64,000 bases of DNA, from assembly GCA_964016885.1 (NCBI GenBank), contig OZ024742.1, positions 298,406,001 through 298,470,000 of the forward strand, read 5' to 3'. Position numbers and translations under genes: made by a program. The notes under the pieces were generated by a model. That model saw nothing but the letters and a program-made list of their open reading frames with translations, searched no databases and was not told the origin of the DNA. Source of the stretch: Eledone cirrhosa. Its lineage: Eukaryota. Shown piece by piece: positions 1 to 11,863 of the stretch; position 1 is the first letter of the stretch; every line of letters starts with the position of its first letter.

Positions 1-659
1 TAAGTCTGAGGCAAATGTAAATGAATTTGTGTAGTAAGCTATATATTTAGAAAATGTGTTATCAATGTTATGATCACATAAACTTAAATAGCCCCTACAA
101 CAAGCGTTTTAAGGTCATTTTCTCAGCTAAAGCAAGTGTTATCCTTGAAGGCCTCATGATAGGCTTTGTACTCATTATGGGGACCTTCTGGGGTAATGTT
201 CTACAGCTGAATGTCCTTCCTATCACCAACCACTTTAGTTACCTCTTAGGGTGTGCAGGGACACATTGTACCTCTTCTAAACCAGATACACACAGAAACT
301 TTTCTCAGCCAAACACTGACAGCCCTTAATAAAATTTAATTGCAGAGTTCAGAAAAGATCTCCAACATTAAAATAATCCTATATCGACTCTTTCGAAGGC
401 CTCTGAAAGATGTTTTGCAAGGGAACTGAGAAGGTTTCTGTTGAGTAAGTGTGGCATCAGATATTCATAAGCCTCCAGTATATTGGCTGATGTAATGGCT
501 CTGGCAGTCATAGTAGATGTAAAAAATCGAAATCATACAAAATTGCAAACATTGATCTAATCATCATCATCATCAGGTTTAGCGTCCGTGTTCCACGCTT
601 GCATGGGTTTGGACGGGGGTTTTCCCACTTGAGGCAAGAGTGGTTGTCTTGCTCGCATA

Positions 660-890
660 GGACTGTCTGGCGGGTTTTCTACAGCTGGATGCCCTTCCTA
701 ACACCAACCACATTTACAGTGTGGGGCTGGGAGGTTTTTACCGTGTTGCCTACACGGCCACATTACAGCGTGGACTGTCTGGCGGGTTTTCTACAGCTGG
801 ATGCCCTTCCTAACACCAACCACATTTACAGTGTGGGGCTGGGAGGTTTTTACCGTGTTGCCTACACGGCCACATTTACAGCGTGGACTG
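660..890 (-). repeat. ~112-bp tandem duplication in the RTE 3' UTR
   Basis: ggactgtctggcgggttttctacagctgg... starts at 660 and again at 772; only one copy in the 11206 and 41704 elements. Confidence 0.85.
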
Positions 891-1051
891 TGTGTTTTTT
901 TGTCGTGACACCTACACAATCTCATTTGTTTCGGCCTGGATGTTGTGGGACCAACATAACTTTACATTGAAAGGGGCGGTGTGGATGGGGTGGAACGGGG
1001 GTGTGTTTTGATAGAGATGCCTACTGACTGTAGTAGGTTTTTACTTTGTAT

Positions 1052-1975
1052 TTAGGTAAGGCGGGTCTTCTCTATTACTGAGTACCGCCAAAGGTCTCGG
1101 TCCAGTGACATTGTCTTGGAGAGGTGTAAGCGTGTGAGGTCAGAATTTATCATGTCGTCCCAGGTTTTTCTGGGTCTGCCTACTCCGTGACTAACGTCTA
1201 TCTTTATTGCCCTGCACTTTGTTATACAGCTGTCGTCTTTCATGCGCATCACGTGACCGTACCAACGTAGCCTTCTCTCGAGTAAACAACATCTGATCCC
1301 TCTTATTTCTAATTTCTTCCTTAGTTCATTTATGCTTAGCCGTTCACGTATATTACTATTGCACATCCAGCGGAGCATGCAAGCTTCGTTCCTCTCTAGT
1401 CTGCGTATATCCTCTGCACACAATACCGAGGTCTCACTGCCATGCAGCATTGTTGTTCGTATGCAGGCATCGTATAACCTGCCTTTCATTTTTAGGGAGA
1501 ACCCTCTAGCGGCTAATAGTGGTATAAGCTCTCTGAACTTTTTCCATCCAGTTCTGACTCTAACTACTGTACTTTCAGAGCACCCTCCCCCACTGCTGAT
1601 TTTGTCACCCAGGTAACGGAAGCTGTCCACTATTTCTATAGAACCCTCTGCGCAATTGAAAGAGCTAGTATTTGGTGGGCACATGCTGCTATTTATTGCA
1701 CCAGAGCACCGGCCACATGTAAAATCTATGTTCTTAGTTAGCTTACCTGTGATCCCACTACATCTTTTATGCACCCATACTTTGCATTGGGGGCATAAAA
1801 TGGAGTTTCTACCTACGCCTTTCCTACACACTGAGCATGGCCATTTCCTGGAAGGGACCACCGCCTTATTTTCTTTCCTACAAACTAGAACTTTAGTCTT
1901 AGCCAGGTTAATTTTAAGGCCTTTTGATTCTAGGCCGTGCTTCCATGTTTGGAATTTCTTCTCTAGTTCGGTCAT
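1052..1975 (-). CDS. RTE reverse transcriptase C-terminal fragment with internal PHD-type zinc finger
   Basis: 307-aa ORF; CSVC-x10-CPQC-x4-H-x2-C-x14-CGRC lies between KTKV and FRYLG; thumb and C-terminal motifs present. Confidence 0.88.
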   Translation of the reverse strand: MTELEKKFQTWKHGLESKGLKINLAKTKVLVCRKENKAVVPSRKWPCSVCRKGVGRNSILCPQCKVWVHKRCSGITGKLTKNIDFTCGRCSGAINSSMCPPNTSSFNCAEGSIEIVDSFRYLGDKISSGGGCSESTVVRVRTGWKKFRELIPLLAARGFSLKMKGRLYDACIRTTMLHGSETSVLCAEDIRRLERNEACMLRWMCNSNIRERLSINELRKKLEIRGIRCCLLERRLRWYGHVMRMKDDSCITKCRAIKIDVSHGVGRPRKTWDDMINSDLTRLHLSKTMSLDRDLWRYSVIEKTRLT

Positions 1976-2968
1976 TGATTCTAATGTATTTATTTATTGA
2001 CTATAACAAGATTAAAAGTAAAATATATTAGATTACATCTAATATAGATGTGGCACACTCTCTGCAACCTGGTCACTGAGATAGTCCCACTGCAATCCTT
2101 TCATTATAACATTATACGCATTATAGTTTGATTACTGTACCTTAACATCTAAGATGAAACTGGGTATGAGAGGAATCTAATGCAGTGTATATTAGGGTAG
2201 ACTACACTAACATGAAAGCAATGTAGTATAAAATGATGACTGTTTGGTGAAGAACTGACAATCCAAGTAGAAAGAAGGTATGGTGGAGGTATATCGATCA
2301 ATATTGGGCAAAAGTAGCGAGTATAAATCTCAAGAGGTTGAAACTCACAAAGTAAATGACAAAAGAAAGGACAAATGAGGGATACTGTATTGGAAAGGAC
2401 TCATATCAATGCAAGTGTGGAAAACAGATATAAAATTATGACAATATTGATGATAATGGCAGTTATGATAATGACAAGGGCATTGATTACAATCATGACC
2501 AGGATGATGATGATGAAATGTTATTCTGATATAGATCTGTTTTTAGTTCAGAAATACAGGGATTTCATGATCAACATTATGTGTTACTAGCGCTAATATT
2601 AGATAAATTTATAAATAAATAAGATAATAAATTCTCTATTTTTATTTATATTTACAGTGAACACTCCTTTGCAAGATACTCAAGGTTACATATCACACAT
2701 AGTTTCAAGATAAGGAAGGCAAAGCAGATATCAGGGACAGAATGTAGAGAGAGTTTGACACCAAAGTTTAGTCATTTGATGGATGAGAGAAATTTTCTTA
2801 AGTTCTTCCTCAAAGTCTTCAATACATTTAAATATAACTGAAAATGTATCTTTCTGTCAGTTTGTTTGACTTCCTCTTTCTACCTCTCATACTCATGGAT
2901 ATATGTATGTAGGTGTATACACACACACATATATATATATACATATATATACACACATATTTATATAG

Positions 2969-3035
<67 letters not shown>

Positions 3036-3360
3036 CACACACACATACACATATACACGCACAGTTACATACCCCCAACACTTTATTTGATTTTGTAGCA
3101 AATAAAGTTATAAAGCTGTAGAATTTATAAATTTACTTCCATAACTATTTTATATAGAAGTACAAGAATTATATGATGTATTTCTTCATATTGCCTTATG
3201 TGATGGCATGGAACAGAACATTTACTAAAAATAAAGGGTATATATAACTATTTGCATGTTTTGGAATTTCTGAATAGGTTAGATTTTATTTTTAAATTAT
3301 GTTATTCCGAACAACCAATTACTGTTGCATGAAAGAAAATTTGAATATTTTTTAGCTTAA

Positions 3361-3406
<46 letters not shown>

Positions 3407-3478
3407 ACACACATACATATATGTGTGTGTGTGTGCATCATACAATGTGATATACACACATTACATCTAATATAGATG

Positions 3479-3515
<37 letters not shown>

Positions 3516-3929
3516 CCTTCTTTCATAGAAAGTGTATTATATTCAAACAAATATGTAGACATACCTAACTTTAACTATACATCCTTGTCTCTCCCTTTCT
3601 CATTCTATACATGTATATGTATGTATGTGTGTATATACAGAGAGACAAAGAGGGATGGGTATATAAATGTAAGAAAAGAATACTCAAAATCTTTTCTTGA
3701 GTTTATATTTGATTATATATTAGCATCGTCTAAATAAAACATTTCTGAGGTGTCTGTGCTAATATCAGAACTCATTTGTTTTCAAGTATGACACTTGTAA
3801 ATACATAAGGTATCCATTCTACTGATCTTCAATTGTGGAACCTCCAAGTTGTAAGGATCTTGCTTTTACAGAACATAAAAGAAATTCCAATGTAAAGCCA
3901 CACACACACACACACACAAACATAATGAG

Positions 3930-4092
3930 AAACTGGTTTCTGCACAACTTTTGCCTACCAAATGTTACTCTCAAAACATTGGTTAGACTGAAAGTATAGC
4001 AGAAGAAGTCAGATAGTGGAATCCACCCTCAAACCGTGTTGTTGTAAAGCAAACTTCGTAACTACACCCATTCCTAAACACAGACCCATGCC
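3930..4092 (-). mobile_element. Degraded tRNA-SINE (family 3)
   Basis: Reverse complement resembles the ggcatgg..gtagttacgaagtttgct..caaccac..ggtagacggaaactg SINE seen at 6566 and 51625. Confidence 0.5.
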
Positions 4093-4763
4093 TTCATCTA
4101 TAGGCAGCAATGCCTATACAAAATATGGGAAACAAGTTAAAAGAATTAATTGAAAATTGAAAATAGTGCTGTTTATGACATTTAATTTGCTTCATTGCTC
4201 CATATATGTGGGAGGCAGATATGAAAGAAGAAGTCCAATGTAGTTCAATATCTTGGAATTCCAGCAGTCAAAAAGAGGACACTGACATTATTTGTAAGAA
4301 GCAATGGCATAAACAAATAAAACGAGAATTGTTCTCAAAGAAGTTGCATAGCAGCAAGAATCAATACAATTTACAAGAGAAAGCCACTTCAAAAATACAC
4401 TCAAATTTTGAAAAAGTATTAAATTTGAATATTTTTTTTGTTTTTTCAGAAATAAACTTAGAAAAGTGGACATGAAATCATAATGATGAAGTTGGCACTC
4501 ACAGTCTTTTTGACTAACAACTGTGAAAAGACTTAAGTACAAATAAAATGCATTTATTCCTATGCTATTATGAATTTTAACAACCGTTTTAAACGAGAAT
4601 TACGCATGATGTAACTTTCTATTATCATTATAATATTTGAATTTATTTATCATTGCTGATTTGCTTTTACAATTTCTTTCCCAGCATATTTTTCAAGTCT
4701 TAATAATAGAATTAAAATAAAATCTTCTTCTTATTATTATTATTATTATCATTATTATTATTA

Positions 4764-5850
4764 GATTGGCAGAATAGTTAGAACTTTGGACAAAATGTTT
4801 CACAACATAATGTTAGAGCTTTTTACATTGAGTTCAAATCCCGTTGAGGTTAGTTTGTTTTTCATCCTTAGGGGGTTGATAAAATAAAGTATCAGTAACA
4901 TACTGGAGTCAATTTAATTGACACACACCTTCCCTGAAAATTGCTGGCCTTGTGCCAAATGTAGAAACAATTATTATTATTGGATTGGCAGAATAGTTAG
5001 AGCATTGGACAAAATGCTTTGCAGCATAGAGTTATGGCTTTTTACATTCTTAGTTCAAATCCCGTCAAGATTAGCTTTGCTTTTCATCCTGAGGGGATTG
5101 ACAAAATAAAGTACCAGTAATGTACTGAGGCCAATTTAATCAACTTTCCTCTCCCCTCAAATTATTGGCCTTGTGCCTAAATCAGAGGTTAGCTTTGCTT
5201 TTTATCCTTACAGGGTCGATAAAATAAAGCACCAGTAATGCACTGGGGTTGATTTAATTGACTTTCCCCTCTCAAAAATTGCTGGCCTTGTGCCAAATGT
5301 AGAAACTATTATTATTATCAGATTGGCAGATTAGTTACAGCATTGGACAAAATGCTTCGCAGCATAGAGTTACAGCTTTTTACATTCTGAGCTCAAATCC
5401 TGTTGAAGTTAGTTTGTTTTTTATCATTACGGAGTAGAAATAATTAAGTACCAGTAATGCACTGGAGTTGATTTAATCGACTTTCCCATCCCTTAACCCT
5501 TTAATGTTCAAACCAGCCAAAACCGGTCAGAATTCTCTACCTCTTCCTGTTGAAACTAGCTGTAACTGGTCGCTCAAACTGGTGTTAAGGTATTGTTCTC
5601 AAAATAAATACTTCAGAATCTCATAGATTCTATATTATGTGAGATAATTATGTGAGGTAAAGCCATTACTATGAAAATATAATAGTATATATAAAATAAT
5701 TGTTTCTACTTTTGGCACAAGGCCAGCAATTACCCAGTGTATTACTGGTACTTTATTTTATCGACCCCGTAAGGATGAAAGTATAAAATAATGTGAATGC
5801 TAAAGGGTTAAAATTGTTGGTCTTGTGCCTACATCAGAAACAATTATTAC
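4764..5850 (+). mobile_element. Head-to-tail array of about four tRNA-derived SINEs with a Nin/Deu-like central domain (family 1)
   Basis: Repeated ttggcagaatagttagagc (A box), gagttcaaatcc (B box), tttcatccttacggggtcgataaaataaagtaccag, and tail ggccttgtgcc..gtagaaacaattatt. Confidence 0.85.
5497..5807. mobile_element. piggyBac-type MITE with TTAA target duplication, inserted in a SINE and carrying a SINE fragment (about 5697-5780, minus)
   Basis: TTAA|ccctttaatgttc ... gaatgctaaaggg|TTAA. The interrupted SINE resumes after 5811. The left end is repeated in reverse at about 57255-57412. Confidence 0.8.
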
Positions 5851-6144
5851 TGTTATTGTTATTTGCAAATATATATATTTGTATATGTAGTTGGAGAAAG
5901 TGTGTTTTCACAGCTGGTTGTACTTCCTGTTAAACAAGTCTGAAGTAGCAGTGAAACAAGTCATCAACTAAGCAGATTGTGTCACTGTTAATGTTACTTG
6001 CCATAGTCTACACAGCCCAATGGCTAGAGTAATACTAGCTAGAGTAATACTAAGTTTATAATTCAGCAGTATGAATGGTGAGGGGCAGGGACAGAAGCTT
6101 GGCACATTTTTTATACACTATTTCTAATTTCTGATAATTTCTTC

Positions 6145-6430
6145 TCTTCTTCGCCCACTTATTCCCTTTTCCAGTGGGTCATGTCAGAAGCAACCTTCTC
6201 AAACTGATCTGGCTGGATTCCCAAGCAAGACCAGCCAAACTCATGGATGTTATCCAACACTCTTTCTCGGGGTCTACCCCTGGGTCTCCTGCCAGTTAGT
6301 TTTGCATGTAAAATCTGTCCAGCGGTTCACTCCTGAGACATTCTAACCACATACCCATAGTATCAGAGTCGTGATTCCTCAATTCAGAGAAGTAACGGCT
6401 CTACCTGGAGTGACTCTCTGATCTCTGAGC
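6145..6430 (-). pseudogene. Degraded 3' end of an older RTE LINE
   Basis: Minus translation IRESLQVEPLLL*IEESRL*YYGYVVRMSQE*...TGRRPRGRPRE. Confidence 0.65.
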
Positions 6431-6565
6431 TATGAACTATCGAGTAATGTTACTCCAAAAACCCTCATCATCATCATCCTCATCATCATCATCATTTTAC
6501 GTCCACTTTTCCCTGCTTGCAAGGGTTGGACGGGTCCTATTCATCACCTCATATCAAATTAAAAA

Positions 6566-6690
6566 CAGACATGGCTGTGTGGTTAAGGAAATCACTTTGG
6601 AACCAACTAGTTCTGTTACTATAGCCTCAGGTTAACTATTGTATTGAGAGTAGTATTTCATAACTGGAAACTGCAAAAGCCCATCATATA
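6566..6690 (+). mobile_element. tRNA-SINE family 3, internally deleted
   Basis: catggctgtgtggttaagg ... tactatagcctcagg ... ggaaactgcaaaagcccatc. Confidence 0.55.
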
Positions 6691-6715
6691 TATATATATT
6701 ATATATATATATATG

Positions 6716-6774
6716 AAAAGACTCAGGACCTTGACGGCTGAGCTCCAGCCATTTCAACAGCTAGATCTGAACTC

Positions 6775-6778
<4 letters not shown>
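6716..6778 (-). mobile_element. Fragment of a TA-inserted element carrying a 3' half hammerhead (same family as 40137 and 58897)
   Basis: Minus strand GAAA tggctggagctcagcc GTC aaggtcct matches 40154-40183; TA tracts on both sides. Confidence 0.55.
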
Positions 6779-6860
<82 letters not shown>

Positions 6861-7085
6861 CTCCTTTCTTCTACTTTCCTATACAGACAGATTTGCCCTT
6901 CTTTACACTGCCCCCCTAGTTTTTCATTAATTTTGTTTTTATCTTTTTTATTATTTCCATTATTGTATAACTTCTGCTTCAAAAAATTTAGTTGACATAA
7001 GAAAACCATAGCAAAACAAAATAATTATTTATATAAAAAAGGGACTTGATAAAACCTAAACCCCATACTATATATATATATATAT

Positions 7086-7238
7086 ATATTATTCAAAATG
7101 TTAACAAACGAAACATATTCGCATAATCAAAATATATACTTTATTATATATATTTCAAAGTACCTTTGAAATATATATAATAAAGTATATATTTTGATTA
7201 TGCAAATATTTTTCATTTGTTAACATTTTGAATAATAT
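7086..7238. repeat. Fold-back palindrome (about 75-bp arms, 3-nt loop) next to (TA)n
   Basis: atattattcaaaatgttaacaa...tttcaaag-tac-ctttgaaa...ttgttaacattttgaataatat. A second small hairpin lies at about 7357-7413. Confidence 0.9.
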
Positions 7239-8505
7239 TAAAAACTCCATGAAAACTTTTCTATTGAGTGCTTCTAATCTATTGTAAAATTGTATTCGTT
7301 GAGTAATCAACGAACCATACTAATCTTTGGTTATATATATATATATATATATAGTATCTTTCTTAACGTTATTCTTACATATATATATACATATAAGAAT
7401 AATGTTAAGAAAGATGCTGATATTACATCAATTGTTATACTGAATCACAAAAAAACAACATTTACCAAACATATAAGTGAGGGTTTTATATTCGACTTGG
7501 GTAAAAATATAGGAAAATATATGTGCGAATGTAAGCATGTATATGTGTGTGTTCATGTCTGTGCCCTGTAGCTATGCAGTTCAACAAAAATAGATTGGTA
7601 AAATAAATACATGTCTCAATGTGATCAGCTAAAATCCCCTTAAGATGGTTTCCCGGCATGGCTAAAGTTTTTATATTCTTTTCCAATTATTTTAGTTTCT
7701 TGCAGATTTTCTTTCCCTGTCACTTTTTCTGTCTATGTGAACAAATACCAGAAATTGTCTGACCAATTTCTTTTTGTTCTGGTTGCTATAGTGATCTGTA
7801 GTGTTCTTGATCCTCAGATTGCTGTTTTCCTCTACCAAATTTGGATGAAGGATTCATAGCTGAGAAAGGAACCCTCTTATGTAAAGTGGATGTTACAGCT
7901 GATGCAACAGAAATTGCTGGTTGCTTGTTCTCTATGGCAACACTTTTCCATCTCATCTGCAGGAGGGAGCTGAGATATATCAAGTCAAGGATTTTCCCTT
8001 CCCCATCCACTCTTTTCTACTATTTTCTTTTCGTTTCCATTATATCATAAATATATTTATTTTGAATTAGATTACTGTTGAGTCTATGTTTTACACTGAT
8101 AAGCTATTAATTATTTCATTACTTCTTATATTAAAGAATTAAGTCAAAAACCATGTTGCAATTCTTAGCTAGTTTTGTAATTCTCCAAATTATTCTTATT
8201 TTCTTAAGCTCAGGCTATCATAACTGATATTCTTCAGTGAAATATGTATAACGGAGTTTTAAATAAACCTGAATCAACTGAATATGGCCTCTGATGTTTT
8301 ATTAATATATAATGCTCCGAATTGTTTCATTTATACAGGTCATTGAGTGCTTCTTTTTATCTGCTTCACAAACGACAACAGACCATAATGTGGTCTGCAC
8401 ATCTCTGTTCATTTAACCCTATACTCTAATATATATATATATTCATATAATATAATTTATTAATTCATATAATATAATTCATATATATTTACACATATAT
8501 GTGTA

Positions 8506-8544
<39 letters not shown>

Positions 8545-8577
8545 TGGAAAATGTGTGAGATCCTTGGTACAGTTAGG

Positions 8578-8882
8578 TATATTTGAAAAAAAGGAAAAGA
8601 ATGACTTCACTTGTAGTGTTAAAAAATTTATGATTATTATGAGTTGGTAGATCCAGTAAGTTCTTTGTTAACTTCGGTGGGAAGAATTTTAGAGATTCCT
8701 GGTTAACTTGCATTGGAGAACTTTCTCGCATTCGTCTGTCTGTGGCGATTGTCAAACTGGGATCAGGTTGTGTTGAAATGTGTGACTATATATAAGAGAG
8801 ATTTGGATGTGTCTGGGGTGTGGTGTGTGGTGTTAATGAGTGTTGGTGATGATGAAGGTCCAGAGGAATTAAAGTATACATA
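8578..8882. repeat. Left arm of a ~305-bp inverted repeat (partner 10872-11202)
   Basis: Reverse-complement match read directly, with few differences; inner ends abut TA/CA microsatellite. Confidence 0.9.
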
Positions 8883-9304
8883 CATACACACACACACATA
8901 TATATATATATACTCAGAAAATGGTGAGGTTGTAAGATAAGGGTGTTTGAGAAGGTAGTCGTAAACCTACTCTCCTGCTGGTTTTATTTCATTAGCTGAC
9001 CTTTGATGAGTTTATAATGGCATAGCTGAATCAACTCTTCCAAATCCATAAAGAATATCTTCTACAAATTTCTATATCAAAGATGAATTTAGGTGCTTGT
9101 CTGGTTTTAATGAAGTGTAAGATATACATTTCTTTTGATAAGAATGGGATGACAAGAAAAAGAGAAAAGAAGGATAGTTTGGGAATAATTGTCAAAGATG
9201 TGTTGTTGATATTGCTGGCTCACATATTCACTTCCCTATATGTAAATATATCTACAGTCCATATACACTACATACAAACACATATCAACACATATATACA
9301 TACA

Positions 9305-9568
9305 TATCATTTTTTCATTTTATGTCCGCTTTTCCCTGCTTGCAAGGGTGGGACGGGAACTGATTCTGGCTTGATTTCTACAGCTGGATGCCCTTCCTAA
9401 CACCAACCTCATTTACAGTGAGTGCTGGGTGCTTTTTTTGCCGTGGCACCTACACGACCACTTTGCAGTGGAATGATAGGGACCCCAGTCCCTATCATCT
9501 CATTTCTACAGCTGAGTAAACTGGAGCAATGTGAAATAAAGTATCTTGCTCAAGGAAACAACACATCA

Positions 9569-9571
<3 letters not shown>
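9305..9571 (-). mobile_element. 5'-truncated CORE-like SINE with bipartite RTE tail (family 2)
   Basis: Matches 32593-32915 in reverse; truncated at (TA)n. Confidence 0.85.
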
Positions 9572-9617
<46 letters not shown>

Positions 9618-9618
9618 G

Positions 9619-9666
<48 letters not shown>

Positions 9667-9949
9667 AACATACGCATACACACCCATATATATATATACA
9701 GGGTGCGGACGATATTTGTTCGCAATTTTCAACTGCTAATTTTATGCAAATTTTTTTACTTCCGTTGTCACTCTTGTCTTCATAAAAACAGTGACTATAT
9801 TTCCATTATTTATTTTCAGAATTTCCTGGCACTTATGTATGTGTATGTGTGTGTGTATGTATATATGTATATGTATGTATGTATATATATACATACACAC
9901 ACACATACATACACATAATATATATATCCTATACATACATATATTTCAA

Positions 9950-9981
<32 letters not shown>

Positions 9982-10112
9982 ACCACATATACACACACAT
10001 ATTTTTTCTACATACATCATTCATTTCATTTCATCATTTCATTTTACGTCCGCTTTTTCCCTGCTTGCAAGGGTGGGACGGGAACTGATACATATATATA
10101 TATATATATATA

Positions 10113-10226
10113 TATCATCATCATCATCATCATCATCGTTTAACGTCCGTGTTCCATGCTTGCATGGGTTTGGACGGGAGTTTTCCCACTTGAGGCAAGA
10201 GTGGTTGTCTTGCTCGCATAGGACTG
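10113..10226 (-). mobile_element. Very short 3' tail of RTE family A inside (TA)n
   Basis: (cat)n cgtttaacgtccgtgttccatgcttgcatgggtttggacggg...cataggactg, flanked by TA on both sides. Confidence 0.8.
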
Positions 10227-10446
10227 TATATATATATATCCTATACACACCACATATATATATATATATTTTTTTTTAACATATACCATACATACATGTT
10301 ATATACACACCATATATATCCTATACATATACCACACATATATCCCACACATATATCATATACATCCTATATATACACTATACATATCCTACATACATAT
10401 ATATATCTCCCACATGTATACACACATACATACATATATATATATA

Positions 10447-10802
10447 TTCCTGGGTCCTGTATTTTCGTTGCTCTAGTGATGCGCTTAGACTGCCGACCGC
10501 TATATCTGATTTTCTAAGCTGTCTGAACGTAATGTTATTACTCTGGGGTCTTTCCTCATCTGAGTGCTCAAGCTACAGACCGATTATGCATATACGTTAG
10601 CTTGGCCGTATTCTAAAGCTTCGTCAATGCTGTACTAAAATGTATATATATATATATATATAAATTCATCTGTAGCTTGAGCACTCAGATGAGGAAAGAC
10701 CCCAGAGTAATAACATTACGTTCAGACAGCTTAGCAAATCAGATATAGCGGTCGGCAGTCTAGGCGCATCACTAGAGCAACGAAAATACAGGACCCAGGA
10801 AT
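10447..10802. repeat. Fold-back element: ~133-bp inverted arms separated by unique sequence and (TA)n
   Basis: ttcctgggtcctgtattttcg...caagctacaga versus tctgtagcttg...cgaaaatacaggacccaggaa; TA tracts outside. Confidence 0.9.
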
Positions 10803-10871
10803 ATATATATATATATTCCATATACACACATATATTTTATACATACATACACACATATATATACACACATA

Positions 10872-11202
10872 TATGTATACTTTAATTCCTCTGGACCTTC
10901 ATCATCATCAACACTCATTAACACCACACGCCACACCCCAGACACATCCAAATCTCTCTTATATATATAGTCACACATTTCAACACAACCTGATCCCAGT
11001 TTGACAATTGCCACAGACAGACGAATGCGAGAAAGTTCTCCAACCCAATTAACCAGGAATCTCTAAAATTCTTCCCACCAAAGTTAACAAAGAACTTACT
11101 GGATCTACCAACTCATAATATTATAATATTATATTATAACATTAAATCATAAATTTTTTAACACTACAAGTGAAGTCATTCTTTTCCTTTTTTTCAAATA
11201 TA
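10872..11202. repeat. Right arm of the inverted repeat (partner 8578-8882)
   Basis: Reverse complement of 8578-8882 with a short AT-rich insertion near 11117-11145. Confidence 0.9.
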
Positions 11203-11863
11203 TATATCATCATCATCATCATCATCGTTTAACGTCCATCTTCCACGCTTGCATGGGTTTGGACGGGGGTTTTCCCACTTGAGGCAAGATTGGTTGTCCT
11301 GCTCGTATAGGATTGTCTGGCGGGTTTTCTACGGCTGGATGCCCTTCCTAACACCAACCACGTTTACAGTGTGGACTGGAAGGTTTTTACCATGTTACCT
11401 ACATGGCCACATTACAGCGTGGACTGTGTTTTTTGTCATGACACCTACACGACATCATTTGTTTTGGACTGGATGTTGTGGTACCAACATAACTTCCCAT
11501 TTAAGGGGGTGGTGTGGATGGGGTGGGGGTAGTGGGACGGGGGTGTATTTTGTTAGAGGTGCCTACTTGACTGTAGGTTTCACATTGTACTTAGGCAAGG
11601 TGGGTCTTCTGTATGACTGTGTAGCGCCAAAGAGCTCGGTCCAGTGACATTGTCTTGGAGAGGTGTAAGTGTGTGAGGTCGGAATTTATCAAGTCGTCCC
11701 AGGTTTTTCTGGGACTGCCTACTCCGTGGCTACCGTCTATTTTTATCGCCCTGCACTTTTTTATACAGCTGTCGTCTTTCATGCGCATCACGTGACCGTA
11801 CCAACATAGTCTTCTCTTGAGTAAACAACATCTGATCCCTCTTATTCCTAATTTCTCCCTTAG

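Larger units (their letters stand above)
560..1981 (-). mobile_element. 5'-truncated RTE-clade LINE (family A): RT C-terminus, long 3' UTR, (GAT)n tail
   Basis: Minus ORF with GLKINLAKTKV...FRYLG...RRLRWYGHVMRM...GRPRKTW, typical of RTE C-termini. (CAT)n at 560-574 is the (GAT)n tail. The 3' UTR matches the copies at 11206 and 41704. Confidence 0.93.

Noticed and set aside
385-535. GIY-YIG-like relic on the minus strand (YIYYDCQSHYISQ..SSLAKHLSE)
   Set aside because: Needs frameshifts and is too short to support without a search.
4206-4475. Possible host exon (89-aa ORF)
   Set aside because: No recognisable domain and no convincing splice partners.
4764-5850. CRISPR-like array or other prokaryotic system
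   Set aside because: The repeats are tandem SINEs without unique spacers; the context is eukaryotic with no cas genes.
7600-7965. Possible minus-strand exon after a ctgcag acceptor, or MULE transposase relic
   Set aside because: All frames have stops and the motif similarity is too weak to call.
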